64,000 nt of DNA from an uncultured virus (IMG/VR IMGVR_UViG_3300031658_000003) (IMGVR_UViG_3300031658_000003); one strand, 5' to 3'; shown: positions 28,082 through 38,605, numbered from the stretch's first letter. The notes: generated by a model not told the origin, from the letters alone. Numbers and translations: made by a program.

Positions 28082-28597
28082 ATGAATATTGAAGAATTTA
28101 AGGCGAGACTAGGTGCTGGTGGAGCTAGACCAAATCAGTTCCGCGTTCGCTTAGCCTTTCCATCATATGTGGTAGGTGTTGATCCATCGTACAGTCTTCT
28201 CGTGACGGGAGCGGCATTGCCAGCTTCCAACGTGAATCCTGCAATCATTCAGTACCGTGGTCGTGAGATCAAAATGGCTGGAGAAAGAATTTTTGATCCT
28301 TGGACAATTACTATCGTCAATGATTCTAACTTTACATTACGCCGTCCCATGGAAGAGTGGATGAACGGAATGAATGATAGAACAACTAACGAAGGTGTAT
28401 TAACTCCTAGAGACTATCAAGCTGATTTAATTGTTGAACATCTTGACCGCAATGATGAAGTTTTGCCAGGTGGAACTTATACACTTAAAAATAGTTTTCC
28501 AATCAACATGTCAGAAATCGCACTGCAATACGCGCAGAATGATATCTTTGAAGAATTTACAGTGACCTTCCAGTACACTCATTACGATGTAGCTTAG
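28082..28597 (+). CDS. gp19: Tail tube protein gp19
   Basis: GGARPNQF, YRGREIKMAGER.FDPWTITI, EEFTVTF. Confidence 0.95.
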   Translation: MNIEEFKARLGAGGARPNQFRVRLAFPSYVVGVDPSYSLLVTGAALPASNVNPAIIQYRGREIKMAGERIFDPWTITIVNDSNFTLRRPMEEWMNGMNDRTTNEGVLTPRDYQADLIVEHLDRNDEVLPGGTYTLKNSFPINMSEIALQYAQNDIFEEFTVTFQYTHYDVA

Positions 28598-28616
28598 GCT
28601 GGAATAGGATAATATT

Positions 28617-30191
28617 ATGGAATTATTTGGATATGAAATTAATCGGAAGAAGGCGCCTACAACTGAGAAATCTTTTGTAGCGCCTGACTCTGATGGTGCA
28701 GTTGAAAGTATAAACGCGGGTGGTCACTACGGCACCTACATGGACCTTGACGGTCAAGCTAATTCAGAAGCTGAAAGTATAAAGAGATATCGTGACATCT
28801 CTATGATGGCAGATGTTGACTCAGCAATAGAAGATATTATCAACGACAGCATTTCAAACATAGACGATGAGAAACCTGTCAAGCTAGACCTCGATGCAGT
28901 TGAACAATCTGCTACTGTCAAGAAAGCTATTCAGACAGAATTTGATAATGTAATCCGAATGATGAATTTCAACGATAGAGCGCAAGATTACTTTAGACGT
29001 TGGTATATTGATGGTAGAGTTTACTTTCATAAAGTAATTGATACTGCTAAGCCTAGAGATGGCATCAAAGACATTCGCTATATTGATCCCAGAAAGATCC
29101 ACAAAGTGCGTAATGTCAAGAAAGCTAAAGATGAAAAAGGCGTTAGCTTTATAAAAGAAATTAACGAATACTTCATATATAACGATAAAGGCATATCGGC
29201 AAAAGCTGGGCAGATCAGTACACCATCAACCCAAGATCAGGCTATAAAAATAACCAAAGATGCAATTACATATTGCACTTCTGGATTAGTAGACCAAGAC
29301 AAAAATATGCCATTGTCTTATCTACACAAAGCTATTCGTCCTGCTAACCAGTTAAGAATGATGGAAAATGCCGTAGTGATATATCGTATCACACGAGCAC
29401 CAGAAAGACGCATCTTCTATATAGATGTGGGCAATCTTCCAACGGGTCGTGCTGAACAATACTTAAAAGATATTATGGACAGATATCGCAATAAACTCGT
29501 ATACGATGCAAGTACTGGTGAGATACGAGATGATAAAAAGTTTATGTCAATGCTTGAAGACTTTTGGCTCCCACGAAAAGAAGGTGGTAGAGGAACTGAG
29601 ATTCAAACATTGCCTGGTGGTCAGAGTCTAGGTCAGATTGAAGACGTAGATTACTTCCAACGCAAGCTATATCAGTCATTGAATGTACCAATGTCAAGGC
29701 TAGAAGCCCAAAGTGGATTAAACTTTGGACGTACTGCTGAGATTACACGAGATGAGTTGAAGTTTACTAAGTTCATTGCCAAATTGCGTAGACGTTTTTC
29801 TACTATCTTTGATGATGTACTGAAGACTCAGTTGGTGTTGAAGGGTATCATAACTGAAGCAGACTGGGAAAATATCAGAGAACAATTGCAATATACTTTT
29901 GCTTCTGATGTTTACTATACTGAATCAAAAGAGCAAGAGATTCTTAGAAGCCGAGTTGAAGTTCTTAATGGTGTTGCGCCTTATATGGGCACACTATATA
30001 GTAAGTCATACGTTCAAAAGAATATCTTGAAACTCACTGACAAAGAAATTTCAGACATAGCTAATGAAATTGCAGACGTGCCTGAAGAAGAACATATGGT
30101 GGGAGACTCATTAGAGGCTCACCGCGAAAGGGAGCACCAGAAAGATATGTCTGGAGAACCCGATGAAGAACAAACAAGTGAAGGAGAATAA
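28617..30191 (+). CDS. gp20: Portal protein gp20
   Basis: WYIDGR, YRITRAPERRIFYIDVGNLP, MLEDFWLPRKEGGRGTEI. Confidence 0.97.
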   Translation: MELFGYEINRKKAPTTEKSFVAPDSDGAVESINAGGHYGTYMDLDGQANSEAESIKRYRDISMMADVDSAIEDIINDSISNIDDEKPVKLDLDAVEQSATVKKAIQTEFDNVIRMMNFNDRAQDYFRRWYIDGRVYFHKVIDTAKPRDGIKDIRYIDPRKIHKVRNVKKAKDEKGVSFIKEINEYFIYNDKGISAKAGQISTPSTQDQAIKITKDAITYCTSGLVDQDKNMPLSYLHKAIRPANQLRMMENAVVIYRITRAPERRIFYIDVGNLPTGRAEQYLKDIMDRYRNKLVYDASTGEIRDDKKFMSMLEDFWLPRKEGGRGTEIQTLPGGQSLGQIEDVDYFQRKLYQSLNVPMSRLEAQSGLNFGRTAEITRDELKFTKFIAKLRRRFSTIFDDVLKTQLVLKGIITEADWENIREQLQYTFASDVYYTESKEQEILRSRVEVLNGVAPYMGTLYSKSYVQKNILKLTDKEISDIANEIADVPEEEHMVGDSLEAHREREHQKDMSGEPDEEQTSEGE

Positions 30192-30193
30192 TT

Positions 30194-30463
30194 ATGTCTG
30201 AAGTAGAGAATGAAATTGAAGTTGAAGTTAATGATGGTATATCATCACAAGAAAATATAAATCAGATGATGGATAAGATGGCTGATGGAGATGTAACGGG
30301 TGCCGAAGATGCATTCAATGCTATTATGGGCGTCAAAGCTGATGAACTAGTAGCTGCCCGTAAAGGAGAAGTCACCAACACCATGTTTAACGGTCCCGAT
30401 GCGGCAGAGATGCAAAAGATGGGACTAGCTCCAGCACCTGAAGAATCAGACTCAACCGACTAA
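30194..30463 (+). CDS. Acidic prohead core protein (gp67 position)
   Basis: Small acidic ORF directly after the portal gene; GGAG RBS. Confidence 0.55.
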   Translation: MSEVENEIEVEVNDGISSQENINQMMDKMADGDVTGAEDAFNAIMGVKADELVAARKGEVTNTMFNGPDAAEMQKMGLAPAPEESDSTD

Positions 30464-30482
30464 GGAATAAAGGGGCAATTTA

Positions 30483-30893
30483 ATGGCGACTACAGTCACA
30501 AATCTCAAGTTAACACAGGTACAGGGTGTAACCGCCATTACCGAAAACGGTTCAACTCAAGCCGCTGGCACTATTGATATATCAAGTACGTTGAAGAAAT
30601 CAACAGAGACTATTTCAGGTGACCAAGTAGTAAACATTAGTTCATTGTACTGGTCGCTCGGCAGTGGTGTTACTGCAACTGTAACTCGTAACAGCGTTGT
30701 ACTACACACTTTACATATGTCAGGTAAATTAGAGTTCTATGGCTTCTCAGAGAATCGACATAATACCCATGACATAGTTGTAGGCATCACTGATTCTGGT
30801 GGAACAGGCACCGGCACAGTCATAGTCCAAACTGCTAAGGTTTCTGGCTATGGTTCATATCAGCATCAAGACGCAGATGGGAGTCTAGGTTAA
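30483..30893 (+). CDS. Hypothetical virion protein between gp20 and gp21
   Basis: Thr/Gly-rich, beta-strand-like; TAATG overlap with gp21. Confidence 0.6.
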   Translation: MATTVTNLKLTQVQGVTAITENGSTQAAGTIDISSTLKKSTETISGDQVVNISSLYWSLGSGVTATVTRNSVVLHTLHMSGKLEFYGFSENRHNTHDIVVGITDSGGTGTGTVIVQTAKVSGYGSYQHQDADGSLG

Positions 30894-31546
30894 TGAAACT
30901 AATTAGAGAAATGGTAGAAGATGTACAGTACATCGTTGAAGAGAAAGACGGAAAAAAGTCTCTCTACATCGAAGGTGTATTTCTTCAGTCTAACTTACAA
31001 AATCGCAACGGTCGTGTATATCCTAAAGAGATTATGCAGAAAGAGATTGCGCGTTATACCAAAGAAAGTATTGATACAAAAAGAGCGATGGGCGAACTTG
31101 GACATCCAGACGGACCCACTGTTAATCTAGACCGAGTATCTCATATGATTACCTCACTGAGAGAAGATGGAGACAACTGGATTGGTAAAGCCAAAATTCT
31201 AGATACTCCTATGGGCAACATTGCTCGTAATCTTATCGAAGAGGGCGCTCAACTAGGAGTAAGTTCTCGTGGACTGGGTTCACTCAAAGAAAAAAATGGT
31301 ATCAACGAAGTTCAAGATGATTTCATGCTATCAACCGCTGCCGACATCGTATCAGATCCATCTGCACCAGATGCTTTTGTGCGAGGGATTATGGAAAACA
31401 AAGAGTGGGTCATAGTCAATGGAGTATGGCAAGAACGAGAAATTGACATGGCTAAAGCAATCATTACTAAGGCTTCGTCCCGTGAACTGGATGAAGCGAA
31501 GTTACATGTCTTCAGTTCTTTCATGGACAGACTGTCGAAAATTTAA
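30893..31546 (+). CDS. gp21: Prohead protease gp21
   Basis: NRNGRVYP, GELGHP, GVSSRGLGS, DIVSDPSAPDAFV. Confidence 0.95.
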   Translation: MKLIREMVEDVQYIVEEKDGKKSLYIEGVFLQSNLQNRNGRVYPKEIMQKEIARYTKESIDTKRAMGELGHPDGPTVNLDRVSHMITSLREDGDNWIGKAKILDTPMGNIARNLIEEGAQLGVSSRGLGSLKEKNGINEVQDDFMLSTAADIVSDPSAPDAFVRGIMENKEWVIVNGVWQEREIDMAKAIITKASSRELDEAKLHVFSSFMDRLSKI

Positions 31547-31551
31547 GATTG

Positions 31552-31559
31552 TATAAATA
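31552..31559 (+). promoter_or_regulatory. Late promoter
   Basis: TATAAATA before gp22. Confidence 0.85.
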
Positions 31560-31594
31560 TTATCAGAAACATAATCCTCAAAAGGAGAAAAACA

Positions 31595-32740
31595 ATGAAT
31601 GTTGAAAGTAAAATCAGAGATTTTCTAGCTAAGGACAAAGCAACACCTGTCCTCAGCGAAGAGACTATCGAACTGGACGAGAAAGCAGGTTTGCCTAACT
31701 CTAAAGATGTTGGCGACAAGACTGCCCCATCTCAGGGTGACTCAGCCGCTGCCCCAAGTGAAGACATGAGTGGATCAGATCCCACTGGTGGCTTGACTTC
31801 TGTTAATAAGGCAGCCGCAAAAGCTAAGAAAGATGGCACTTTACCTAAAGGTGCTGGAGCAGGCGATGCAATTAACTACGAAGATAAAGTAGATCCAAAG
31901 ACTGTTGTTGCACAAGCATCATCTGCTGGCGTTAGAGAAGAAGCTGAGTCTGAAGAAGAAGTAATCGTAGAAGACGAAGTGGCTGAAGACGCAGAAGTAA
32001 TTGCAGAAGCCGATGAGGCTTTGTTCGCAAGTGATGTTGACGCATTATTCGCAGACGAAGAAAATCTAACAGAAGAATTCAAAGTCAAGGCTGCCGGTAT
32101 CTTTGAAGCAGTCGTAACGGCTCGTATCGCTAACGAAATGGAAGCGATTGAAGCAGAATTACAAGAAGAAGTTCAGCTCCAGCAAGAAACATTTAAGTCT
32201 GAGTTAGTTGAGAAGGTTGACTCTTTCCTTAACTACGTTGCTGAAAACTGGATGAAAGAGAATGAACTTGCCATTGAGCGAGGTCTCAGGACTGAAATCA
32301 CTGAAGACTTTATATCTGGAATGAAGACTTTATTCGCCGAACACTACATCGAAGTTCCACAAGACAAGTATGATGTACTGGGCGAAATGCAGGACAAAAT
32401 TGACTCTTTGGAAACAAAGTTAAATGAGTCCGTTGAAGAGAAGATTACTCTTACTACCGAGAAGACATCTTTCCAACGCAAAGCAATAGTAACTGAAGCA
32501 TGTGAAGATTTAACTCTTACTGAATCAGAAAAATTTGCAAAGCTAGTAGAAGATATTGACTTTGGTAGTGAAGTTATTTTCGCTGAAAAAATTGCTGTTG
32601 TCAAGGAAAATTATTTCCCCAAGCAAACAGTCGTTTCCGAAGAAAAACTGGATGATACTGTAGACGGTGAATACCTTGCTGAAAGTAATTCCGGTATGAA
32701 TAAATACGCTCAGGCAATCTCTAAATCAGTTCTTAAATAA
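31595..32740 (+). CDS. gp22: Prohead scaffold protein gp22
   Basis: LTEEFKVKAAGIFEA, YVAENWMKENELAIERGLRTEI. Confidence 0.9.
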   Translation: MNVESKIRDFLAKDKATPVLSEETIELDEKAGLPNSKDVGDKTAPSQGDSAAAPSEDMSGSDPTGGLTSVNKAAAKAKKDGTLPKGAGAGDAINYEDKVDPKTVVAQASSAGVREEAESEEEVIVEDEVAEDAEVIAEADEALFASDVDALFADEENLTEEFKVKAAGIFEAVVTARIANEMEAIEAELQEEVQLQQETFKSELVEKVDSFLNYVAENWMKENELAIERGLRTEITEDFISGMKTLFAEHYIEVPQDKYDVLGEMQDKIDSLETKLNESVEEKITLTTEKTSFQRKAIVTEACEDLTLTESEKFAKLVEDIDFGSEVIFAEKIAVVKENYFPKQTVVSEEKLDDTVDGEYLAESNSGMNKYAQAISKSVLK

Positions 32741-32748
32741 CTCAACTG

Positions 32749-32756
32749 TATAAATA
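32749..32756 (+). promoter_or_regulatory. Late promoter
   Basis: TATAAATA before gp23. Confidence 0.85.
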
Positions 32757-32786
32757 ATAAGACTACACTCAAATAGGAGAAACACA

Positions 32787-34055
32787 ATGTATCTTTCTGA
32801 ACAACTTCAAGAGAAATGGGCTCCAGTTCTGGACCATGATAATCTTGGCAAAATTACTGACCCTTACCGTAAGGCAGTTACTGCTGTCGTATTGGAAAAC
32901 CAAGAAAAAGCGTTGCGCGAAGAGCGTAACATTACAGAAGCAACCCACGTTAACGCTACTGGCGCAAACGTAGATAACTACGATCCTATCTTGATCTCAC
33001 TGGTTCGTCGGTCACTTCCTAACTTAATGGCATATGACGTTGCTGGTGTTCAGCCAATGACTGGTCCTACTGGTTTGATCTTCGCTATGAAGTCACACTA
33101 CACTAATCAGACTGGTGCTGAAGCACTCTTCAACGAAGCTGACACTGACTTTGCTGGTGGCGGAACTCACGCTGGATCTAATCCCGTAGATGGAACTTAC
33201 ACTACTGGTGCTGGTATTGCTACAGCTACTGCTGAAGATTGGGGCGGAGCTACTACTATGAACGAGATGGCTTTCTCTATTGAGAAGACCACTGTTACTG
33301 CTAAGTCTCGTGCATTGAAAGCTGAGTACACTGTTGAATTAGCACAGGATCTTAAGGCTATCCACGGTTTGGATGCTGAAGGCGAACTGTCTAACATTCT
33401 TTCTCAAGAAATTCTTGCTGAAATTAACCGTGAAGTAATTCGTACTATCTACAAAGTTGCTAAAACTGGTGCCGCATCTACTGCTACCGCCGGTACTTTC
33501 GACTTAGACGTTGATTCAAATGGTCGTTGGAGCGTTGAGCGTTTCAAAGGTCTTCTGTTCAACATTGAACGTGATGCTAACGTAATTGCTCAAGATACTC
33601 GTCGCGGTAAAGGTAACTTCATCATCACATCTGCTGATGTTGCGGCTGCTCTTTCTATGGCTGGTGTTCTTGACACTGGTTCTGCTATCAACGGTAACGG
33701 AACTCTGAGCGTAGATGATACTGGTAACACTTTTGCTGGTATTCTTAACGGTCGTTACAAAGTGTATGTTGATCCCTACTCCTCTAACACTGGTTCTGCT
33801 AGTCAGTTCTATGTTGTTGGCTATAAAGGTTCTTCTGCATACGATGCTGGTTTATTCTACTGCCCATATGTGCCTTTACAGATGGTTCGAGCAATCGATC
33901 CTGATACCTTCCAGCCAAAAATTGGCTTTAAGACTCGCTACGGTATGATTGCTAACCCATTCGTAACGCAGAGCAACGGTACAACTGACGGTGATACTTT
34001 CACTGCCGCTCGTAACCAGTACTACCGCAAAGTTAAGGTCGCTAACTTGATGTAA
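32787..34055 (+). CDS. gp23: Major capsid protein gp23
   Basis: GVQPMTGPTGLIFA, KSRALKAEYT.ELAQDLKAIHG, FQPKIGFKTRYG. Confidence 0.97.
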   Translation: MYLSEQLQEKWAPVLDHDNLGKITDPYRKAVTAVVLENQEKALREERNITEATHVNATGANVDNYDPILISLVRRSLPNLMAYDVAGVQPMTGPTGLIFAMKSHYTNQTGAEALFNEADTDFAGGGTHAGSNPVDGTYTTGAGIATATAEDWGGATTMNEMAFSIEKTTVTAKSRALKAEYTVELAQDLKAIHGLDAEGELSNILSQEILAEINREVIRTIYKVAKTGAASTATAGTFDLDVDSNGRWSVERFKGLLFNIERDANVIAQDTRRGKGNFIITSADVAAALSMAGVLDTGSAINGNGTLSVDDTGNTFAGILNGRYKVYVDPYSSNTGSASQFYVVGYKGSSAYDAGLFYCPYVPLQMVRAIDPDTFQPKIGFKTRYGMIANPFVTQSNGTTDGDTFTAARNQYYRKVKVANLM

Positions 34056-34095
34056 GCGATTCGCTTATAACAATAAGAAACCTGTAGTAAAATTT

Positions 34096-34127
34096 AAACC
34101 CCGGTCTTTATGACTGGGGTTTTTTTT
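34096..34127 (+). terminator. Rho-independent terminator after gp23
   Basis: AAACCCCGGTC-loop-GACTGGGGTTT followed by a T-run. Confidence 0.85.
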
Positions 34128-34131
34128 GTTT

Positions 34132-34139
34132 TATAAATA
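34132..34139 (+). promoter_or_regulatory. Late promoter
   Basis: TATAAATA directly after the terminator. Confidence 0.75.
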
Positions 34140-34173
34140 ATGATTAAATAGTAGTTAACAGTGAGACTTTGTT

Positions 34174-34926
34174 ATGTTATTAATTGCGGGCGACAGTTAT
34201 GCGTCAGTTGGAGAATCATACTTTTGGTACGATAATGGTTCTAGCAAAAAAGTCCAGTATCAAAGTGTACACAATAAACATTGGTGCGAACAAATTGCTT
34301 CCGCGAGTAATATGAAATATGACTGTACCGCTATTCCCGGTGGAGATATACAACACACAGTAACAGTAGCTATTGATGAAATGCAGAGAAAGAAGTACAC
34401 TCATTGCATATTTCATCTGACATCGTTTGATAGAATCATGGTGACTGGTAGAGACAATGGTGATTCCAGCCGACTATCATATCTTGAAGTCCTAAGTGAC
34501 CCCAGTGGTTACAGTTTTAAAGATTCTGGCTGCACCACTTCTTCTCTGTTAGACAAAGGAGATACAACATCAGATGGCAAAATTGTATATGATCCTTCTG
34601 ATTTTCTAAATTATGAAAAGGATCATTTCTTACCTCTGTCCATAAACAGATTTAGGATGGCAGATCAAATGTTGAGGCTCGGCGCACTTATTGCATTTTG
34701 TAATACAAATAACATTAAGTTGTGTATAAAATCTATATTTGATGTTCCAGATCTGACTCAGCTAGAGAATCTCTTTGGAAATTTCGATCACTTTAGCATG
34801 GTTGACTGTAGTTTAGAACATAGCATGGTTGTTGCACACTACGATGTATCACAGCACAATTTTATAACAAAAATGTTTAATGAACAGCTACCAGATTTCT
34901 TGCGTATAAATAACAGTATAGTTTAA
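34174..34926 (+). CDS. Hypothetical protein, SGNH/GDSL-hydrolase-like
   Basis: N-terminal LIAGDSY, AIPGG, C-terminal His (AHYD). Confidence 0.45.
   Translation: MLLIAGDSYASVGESYFWYDNGSSKKVQYQSVHNKHWCEQIASASNMKYDCTAIPGGDIQHTVTVAIDEMQRKKYTHCIFHLTSFDRIMVTGRDNGDSSRLSYLEVLSDPSGYSFKDSGCTTSSLLDKGDTTSDGKIVYDPSDFLNYEKDHFLPLSINRFRMADQMLRLGALIAFCNTNNIKLCIKSIFDVPDLTQLENLFGNFDHFSMVDCSLEHSMVVAHYDVSQHNFITKMFNEQLPDFLRINNSIV
34905..34912 (+). promoter_or_regulatory. Late promoter
   Basis: TATAAATA before gp3. Confidence 0.75.
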
Positions 34927-34944
34927 GAGTAAGGAGATAACAAA

Positions 34945-35532
34945 GTGGCGTTCAATCCAATTGCAACAGTAGCAGAAGGCACATTTGCGGCTAGTAACCC
35001 CAGTGAACTGGACTACTTGCGCCCAAATGGGTTTACGTTTCAGGTACACAACATGCCCAACGTATCTTTCTTCTGTCAAGCTGCCAACATTCCTGAAATA
35101 TCTATGGGCTATCCTACTCAAGTTACTCCGCTAGTAGATATTGCTTATCCGGGAGACAAGCTCCAGTTCGGTGAGTTGATGATTAGATTCCTTATACAGG
35201 AAGACATGACTAACTATAATGAACTATATGACTGGCTGCGTGGTCTCGGCTTTCCAGACAAGCACAGTGAGTTCACAGACTACATCAAGAGCCAAACCTA
35301 TCGCACGGCAAGTGCCAACGCCAGCTCAAGGGAAGGCATAGCACAAGTATCTGATGCAACTTTATTTGTGCTAGACTCAAATAACAATCCTAACGTGAAG
35401 ATCACATTCAAAGATGCATTTCCAATCTCACTGTCTGGCTTAGACTTTGACATTGTCAACGGTACTGGCGATTACTTCATTGGTATCGCGGCATTCAAGT
35501 ATAGGATATTTGAAATAGAAAAGGTAGCTTAA
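34945..35532 (+). CDS. gp3: Tail completion protein gp3
   Basis: LRPNGFTF..PNVSFFCQAANIP, PGDKLQFG, EDMTNY.ELYDW, FKDAFPISLSGL; position between gp23 and uvsY. Confidence 0.85.
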   Translation: MAFNPIATVAEGTFAASNPSELDYLRPNGFTFQVHNMPNVSFFCQAANIPEISMGYPTQVTPLVDIAYPGDKLQFGELMIRFLIQEDMTNYNELYDWLRGLGFPDKHSEFTDYIKSQTYRTASANASSREGIAQVSDATLFVLDSNNNPNVKITFKDAFPISLSGLDFDIVNGTGDYFIGIAAFKYRIFEIEKVA

Positions 35533-35563
35533 TTGAGAAATCTATATAGAGTAAAATAGGTCG

Positions 35564-35571
35564 TATAAATA
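35564..35571 (+). promoter_or_regulatory. Late promoter
   Basis: TATAAATA before uvsY. Confidence 0.8.
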
Positions 35572-35599
35572 GTAGTAAGAATTATATTATGAAGGATGT

Positions 35600-36046
35600 G
35601 TGATGATATCATTGAAAGAACTCCAAGAAACGTGGGCTGAAGACTGTAAGATTGATGAACTAAATCTAGGTCGAGTCGCCACACAAGTGCCAGTACTGCA
35701 CTCTAAGTACCTTAACCACCTATCAACAGCAAAACTTCAATTGAGGAAAGCGGAGGCGGCTCTTTACAAACTCAAGCGAATCAAATCACAGTACTTTAGA
35801 GGTGAACTCTCCAAGTTTGAACTTGAATCTTTAGGATGGGACCAGTATCTAGGCAACAAACCATTAAAACAGGACATGAATGACTATCTTGAATCCGATG
35901 AAGACATCATTCAGCAAACAGATAAAGTTGAATACATCCGCACAGTTACAGATTTTCTTGAAAGAGTGTTGCGATCTGTTGGCAGTAGAGGTTGGGATAT
36001 CAAGAACAGCATTGAATGGTCCAAGTTCACGAACGGTCTTATGTAA
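35600..36046 (+). CDS. uvsY: Recombination mediator UvsY
   Basis: WAEDCKID, PVLHSKYL, RGWDIKNSIEW. Confidence 0.9.
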   Translation: MMISLKELQETWAEDCKIDELNLGRVATQVPVLHSKYLNHLSTAKLQLRKAEAALYKLKRIKSQYFRGELSKFELESLGWDQYLGNKPLKQDMNDYLESDEDIIQQTDKVEYIRTVTDFLERVLRSVGSRGWDIKNSIEWSKFTNGLM

Positions 36047-37528
36047 ATGATTACGATAACAAAGAAGGACGAAGTCCATCTAATAATAGATACAGATCCT
36101 TCGACAGCAAAAGAGATTGTGGATTTCTTTACGTTTGACATACCAGGTGCTAAGTTCATGCCCGCGTATCGTAACCGTATGTGGGATGGTAAAGCAAGAC
36201 TCTTTAATATGTACACCCGAGAACTGTACATCGGTCTACTGGATTATCTATTAGAATTTGCTGAACAACTAGAGTACAAAGTAAAGTTAGAGATGGAAGA
36301 CATTGGTGAAGACAGTACTATAGAGGCTGTTGTTAAGTTTGCAAAGCATCTCAACTTGCATAGCCAAAACAAACCAATTGAGGCAAGAGAGTATCAGCTA
36401 GAAGCAGTAAATCATGCAATCACAAAAGGCAGAAGTCTGTTGTTATCGCCAACTGCTAGTGGCAAATCTCTTATGATTTACATGTTGATTCGCTACCATC
36501 AACTTCACGGCAGAAAGCAATTACTTATTGTACCCACCACTTCATTGGTAGAGCAGATGTATGGAGACTTTGGTGATTACGCATCCGCCAATAGTTGGAA
36601 TGTAGAAGATAACTGCCATAGAATATATGGTGGTAAAGAGAAATCAAACGAGAAAGATATTATCATCTCTACATGGCAGTCAATCTATAAGTTTCCTAGT
36701 CTTTGGTTTGCACAGTTTGATGTTATCTATGGTGACGAAGCACACAATTTTAAAGCTAAGTCACTTACTACCCTAATGGACAAATGCACAACAGCACCAT
36801 ATAGAGTGGGTACAACTGGTACATTAGACGGCACAAAGACTCATAGATTAGTACTTGAGGGTGTGTTCGGTAGAGTCAATCAAGTCACATCCACGAAGAA
36901 GCTGATGGATGACAAGCAACTTGCCGAATTGAAGATCGTGTGTATGCTCCTGGGATACACTGATGCACAGAGAAAATTAGTATCTAAGATGCCGTATCAG
37001 GAAGAGATTGATTGGATCGTTACTAACCCATTAAGGAACAAGGTAATCACTAACCTTACGGTGGCACAGAAAGGTAATACCCTAGTTCTGTATCAATATG
37101 TGGAAAAACATGGTGCTGTACTATATGACATGATCTCTAAAGTAGTCAAGAAAGACAGAAAAGTCTTCTATGTACACGGAGGCACTGACACAGAGCATAG
37201 GGAAGAGATACGCCGCTTGACAGAGGAAGAAAATGATGCTATAATAGTTGCTTCATATGGTACTTTTTCTACTGGTATTAATATAAGGAACTTACATAAT
37301 GTCGTATTTGCTTCACCTAGTAAGAGCCGTATCAGAAATCTACAGTCAATTGGTAGAGGTCTTAGGAAAGGTGGACAGAAGACAGTGTGTAACTTGTTCG
37401 ATTTGGGAGATGACTTATCTTGGAAATCAAAGAAGAACTTTACTCTTAATCATATGATGGAAAGAATTAAAATCTATAACGAAGAATCGTTTAACTACAA
37501 AATAGTGAAGATGCAAATTGATGATTGA
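36047..37528 (+). CDS. uvsW: SF2 DNA helicase UvsW
   Basis: SPTASGKS, DEAH, GTTGT, STGINI, QSIGRGLR. Confidence 0.95.
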   Translation: MITITKKDEVHLIIDTDPSTAKEIVDFFTFDIPGAKFMPAYRNRMWDGKARLFNMYTRELYIGLLDYLLEFAEQLEYKVKLEMEDIGEDSTIEAVVKFAKHLNLHSQNKPIEAREYQLEAVNHAITKGRSLLLSPTASGKSLMIYMLIRYHQLHGRKQLLIVPTTSLVEQMYGDFGDYASANSWNVEDNCHRIYGGKEKSNEKDIIISTWQSIYKFPSLWFAQFDVIYGDEAHNFKAKSLTTLMDKCTTAPYRVGTTGTLDGTKTHRLVLEGVFGRVNQVTSTKKLMDDKQLAELKIVCMLLGYTDAQRKLVSKMPYQEEIDWIVTNPLRNKVITNLTVAQKGNTLVLYQYVEKHGAVLYDMISKVVKKDRKVFYVHGGTDTEHREEIRRLTEEENDAIIVASYGTFSTGINIRNLHNVVFASPSKSRIRNLQSIGRGLRKGGQKTVCNLFDLGDDLSWKSKKNFTLNHMMERIKIYNEESFNYKIVKMQIDD

Positions 37529-37922
37529 ATATAACGTACCATGTGTAATAACTTTTAATGACTCACTTCAGCTAGTGGCTGTGGTAGAACAGAATCTCGA
37601 TGAAGATCATTATCTTTTGATTACTCCTCTTAGGGTAGACAGAGATTATTCTGCTACAGAGAATGGCGTGGTGGAATCTTTTTCTTTAGTTCCTTGGATT
37701 CCATTCTCAGACGAAGTTGCATTTCCCGTAGAACAACATCACATTTTAAATATCAGTATTCTTGGCGATGCGTATGTTGAGGATTATCATTCTATAGTTA
37801 GCAAGGTATTTTATCCTGATCGCCCCAGTACTGCTAACGCCAAGAAGAGTTCATATGGTGATGATATGCTTGACACAATCTTAGAATACAAGCAAGCTAT
37901 AGATGACAACAAAGTTAATTAA
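37518..37922 (+). CDS. Hypothetical protein in the conserved slot between uvsW and gp55
   Basis: LVPWIPFSD motif; overlaps the uvsW stop. Confidence 0.6.
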   Translation: MMIEYNVPCVITFNDSLQLVAVVEQNLDEDHYLLITPLRVDRDYSATENGVVESFSLVPWIPFSDEVAFPVEQHHILNISILGDAYVEDYHSIVSKVFYPDRPSTANAKKSSYGDDMLDTILEYKQAIDDNKVN

Positions 37923-37949
37923 TGTTTTATCTTTAAAGGGACACACCCT

Positions 37950-37977
37950 ATTATACAGTGTTCCACGAAAATGTCAA
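37950..37977 (-). promoter_or_regulatory. Antisense sigma70-type promoter
   Basis: Minus strand TTGACA-16 nt-TATAAT. Confidence 0.65.
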
Positions 37978-38005
37978 TACCTTTTTTAAATAATGGAGAA
38001 ATAAA

Positions 38006-38605
38006 GTGAAAAAAGCAGAAGCCAGCACCAATAGGCATTACGTTAACAATAAGGAATTCTTGGCGAAGATATCTGCCCACCGCGAACTTGTTATCGAAGC
38101 GAAAGAGAACGATCTTCCAAAGCCAAGGTGTCCCAATTACATCGGAGAATGTTTTGTTAAGATTGCAAATCATCTGGCGTACAAAGCCAACTTTGTTAAC
38201 TACACTTTTCGTGATGAGATGATACTTGATGGTATTGAAAACTGCATCACTTATATGGGTAACTTTGATCCTGCTAAATCTTCCAACCCTTTCGCATACT
38301 TTACTCAGATCACTTACTATGCTTTCATTCGTAGGATTCAGAAAGAGAAGAAGTATCAAAGTACCAAGATGCGATACATCCAGAATATGCAATTCTCTGA
38401 AGTGTTCACACAAGACCATGATGGAGATGCTCATGCAACAGAGTTTCTTGATTATATGCGTAAACAAATTGACCAGGCAAACAAGCATGAAGAAGAGTTT
38501 GCTAATGAGAAGACTAAGGTTCCTAAACGCAGACCTAAGTATCTTGACGATAAAGAAGCGTTGAAGTTGGCTAAAGAGAAGATAGAAGCCTTAAAAGATA
38601 TCTAA
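38006..38605 (+). CDS. gp55: Late-transcription sigma factor gp55
   Basis: HYVNNKEFL, YIGECFVKIA, NFVNYTFRDEMILDGIENC, NPFAYFTQI. Confidence 0.95.
   Translation: MKKAEASTNRHYVNNKEFLAKISAHRELVIEAKENDLPKPRCPNYIGECFVKIANHLAYKANFVNYTFRDEMILDGIENCITYMGNFDPAKSSNPFAYFTQITYYAFIRRIQKEKKYQSTKMRYIQNMQFSEVFTQDHDGDAHATEFLDYMRKQIDQANKHEEEFANEKTKVPKRRPKYLDDKEALKLAKEKIEALKDI

Noticed and set aside
37919..38488. 189-aa minus-strand ORF
   Set aside because: Antisense shadow of gp55 with no recognisable motif
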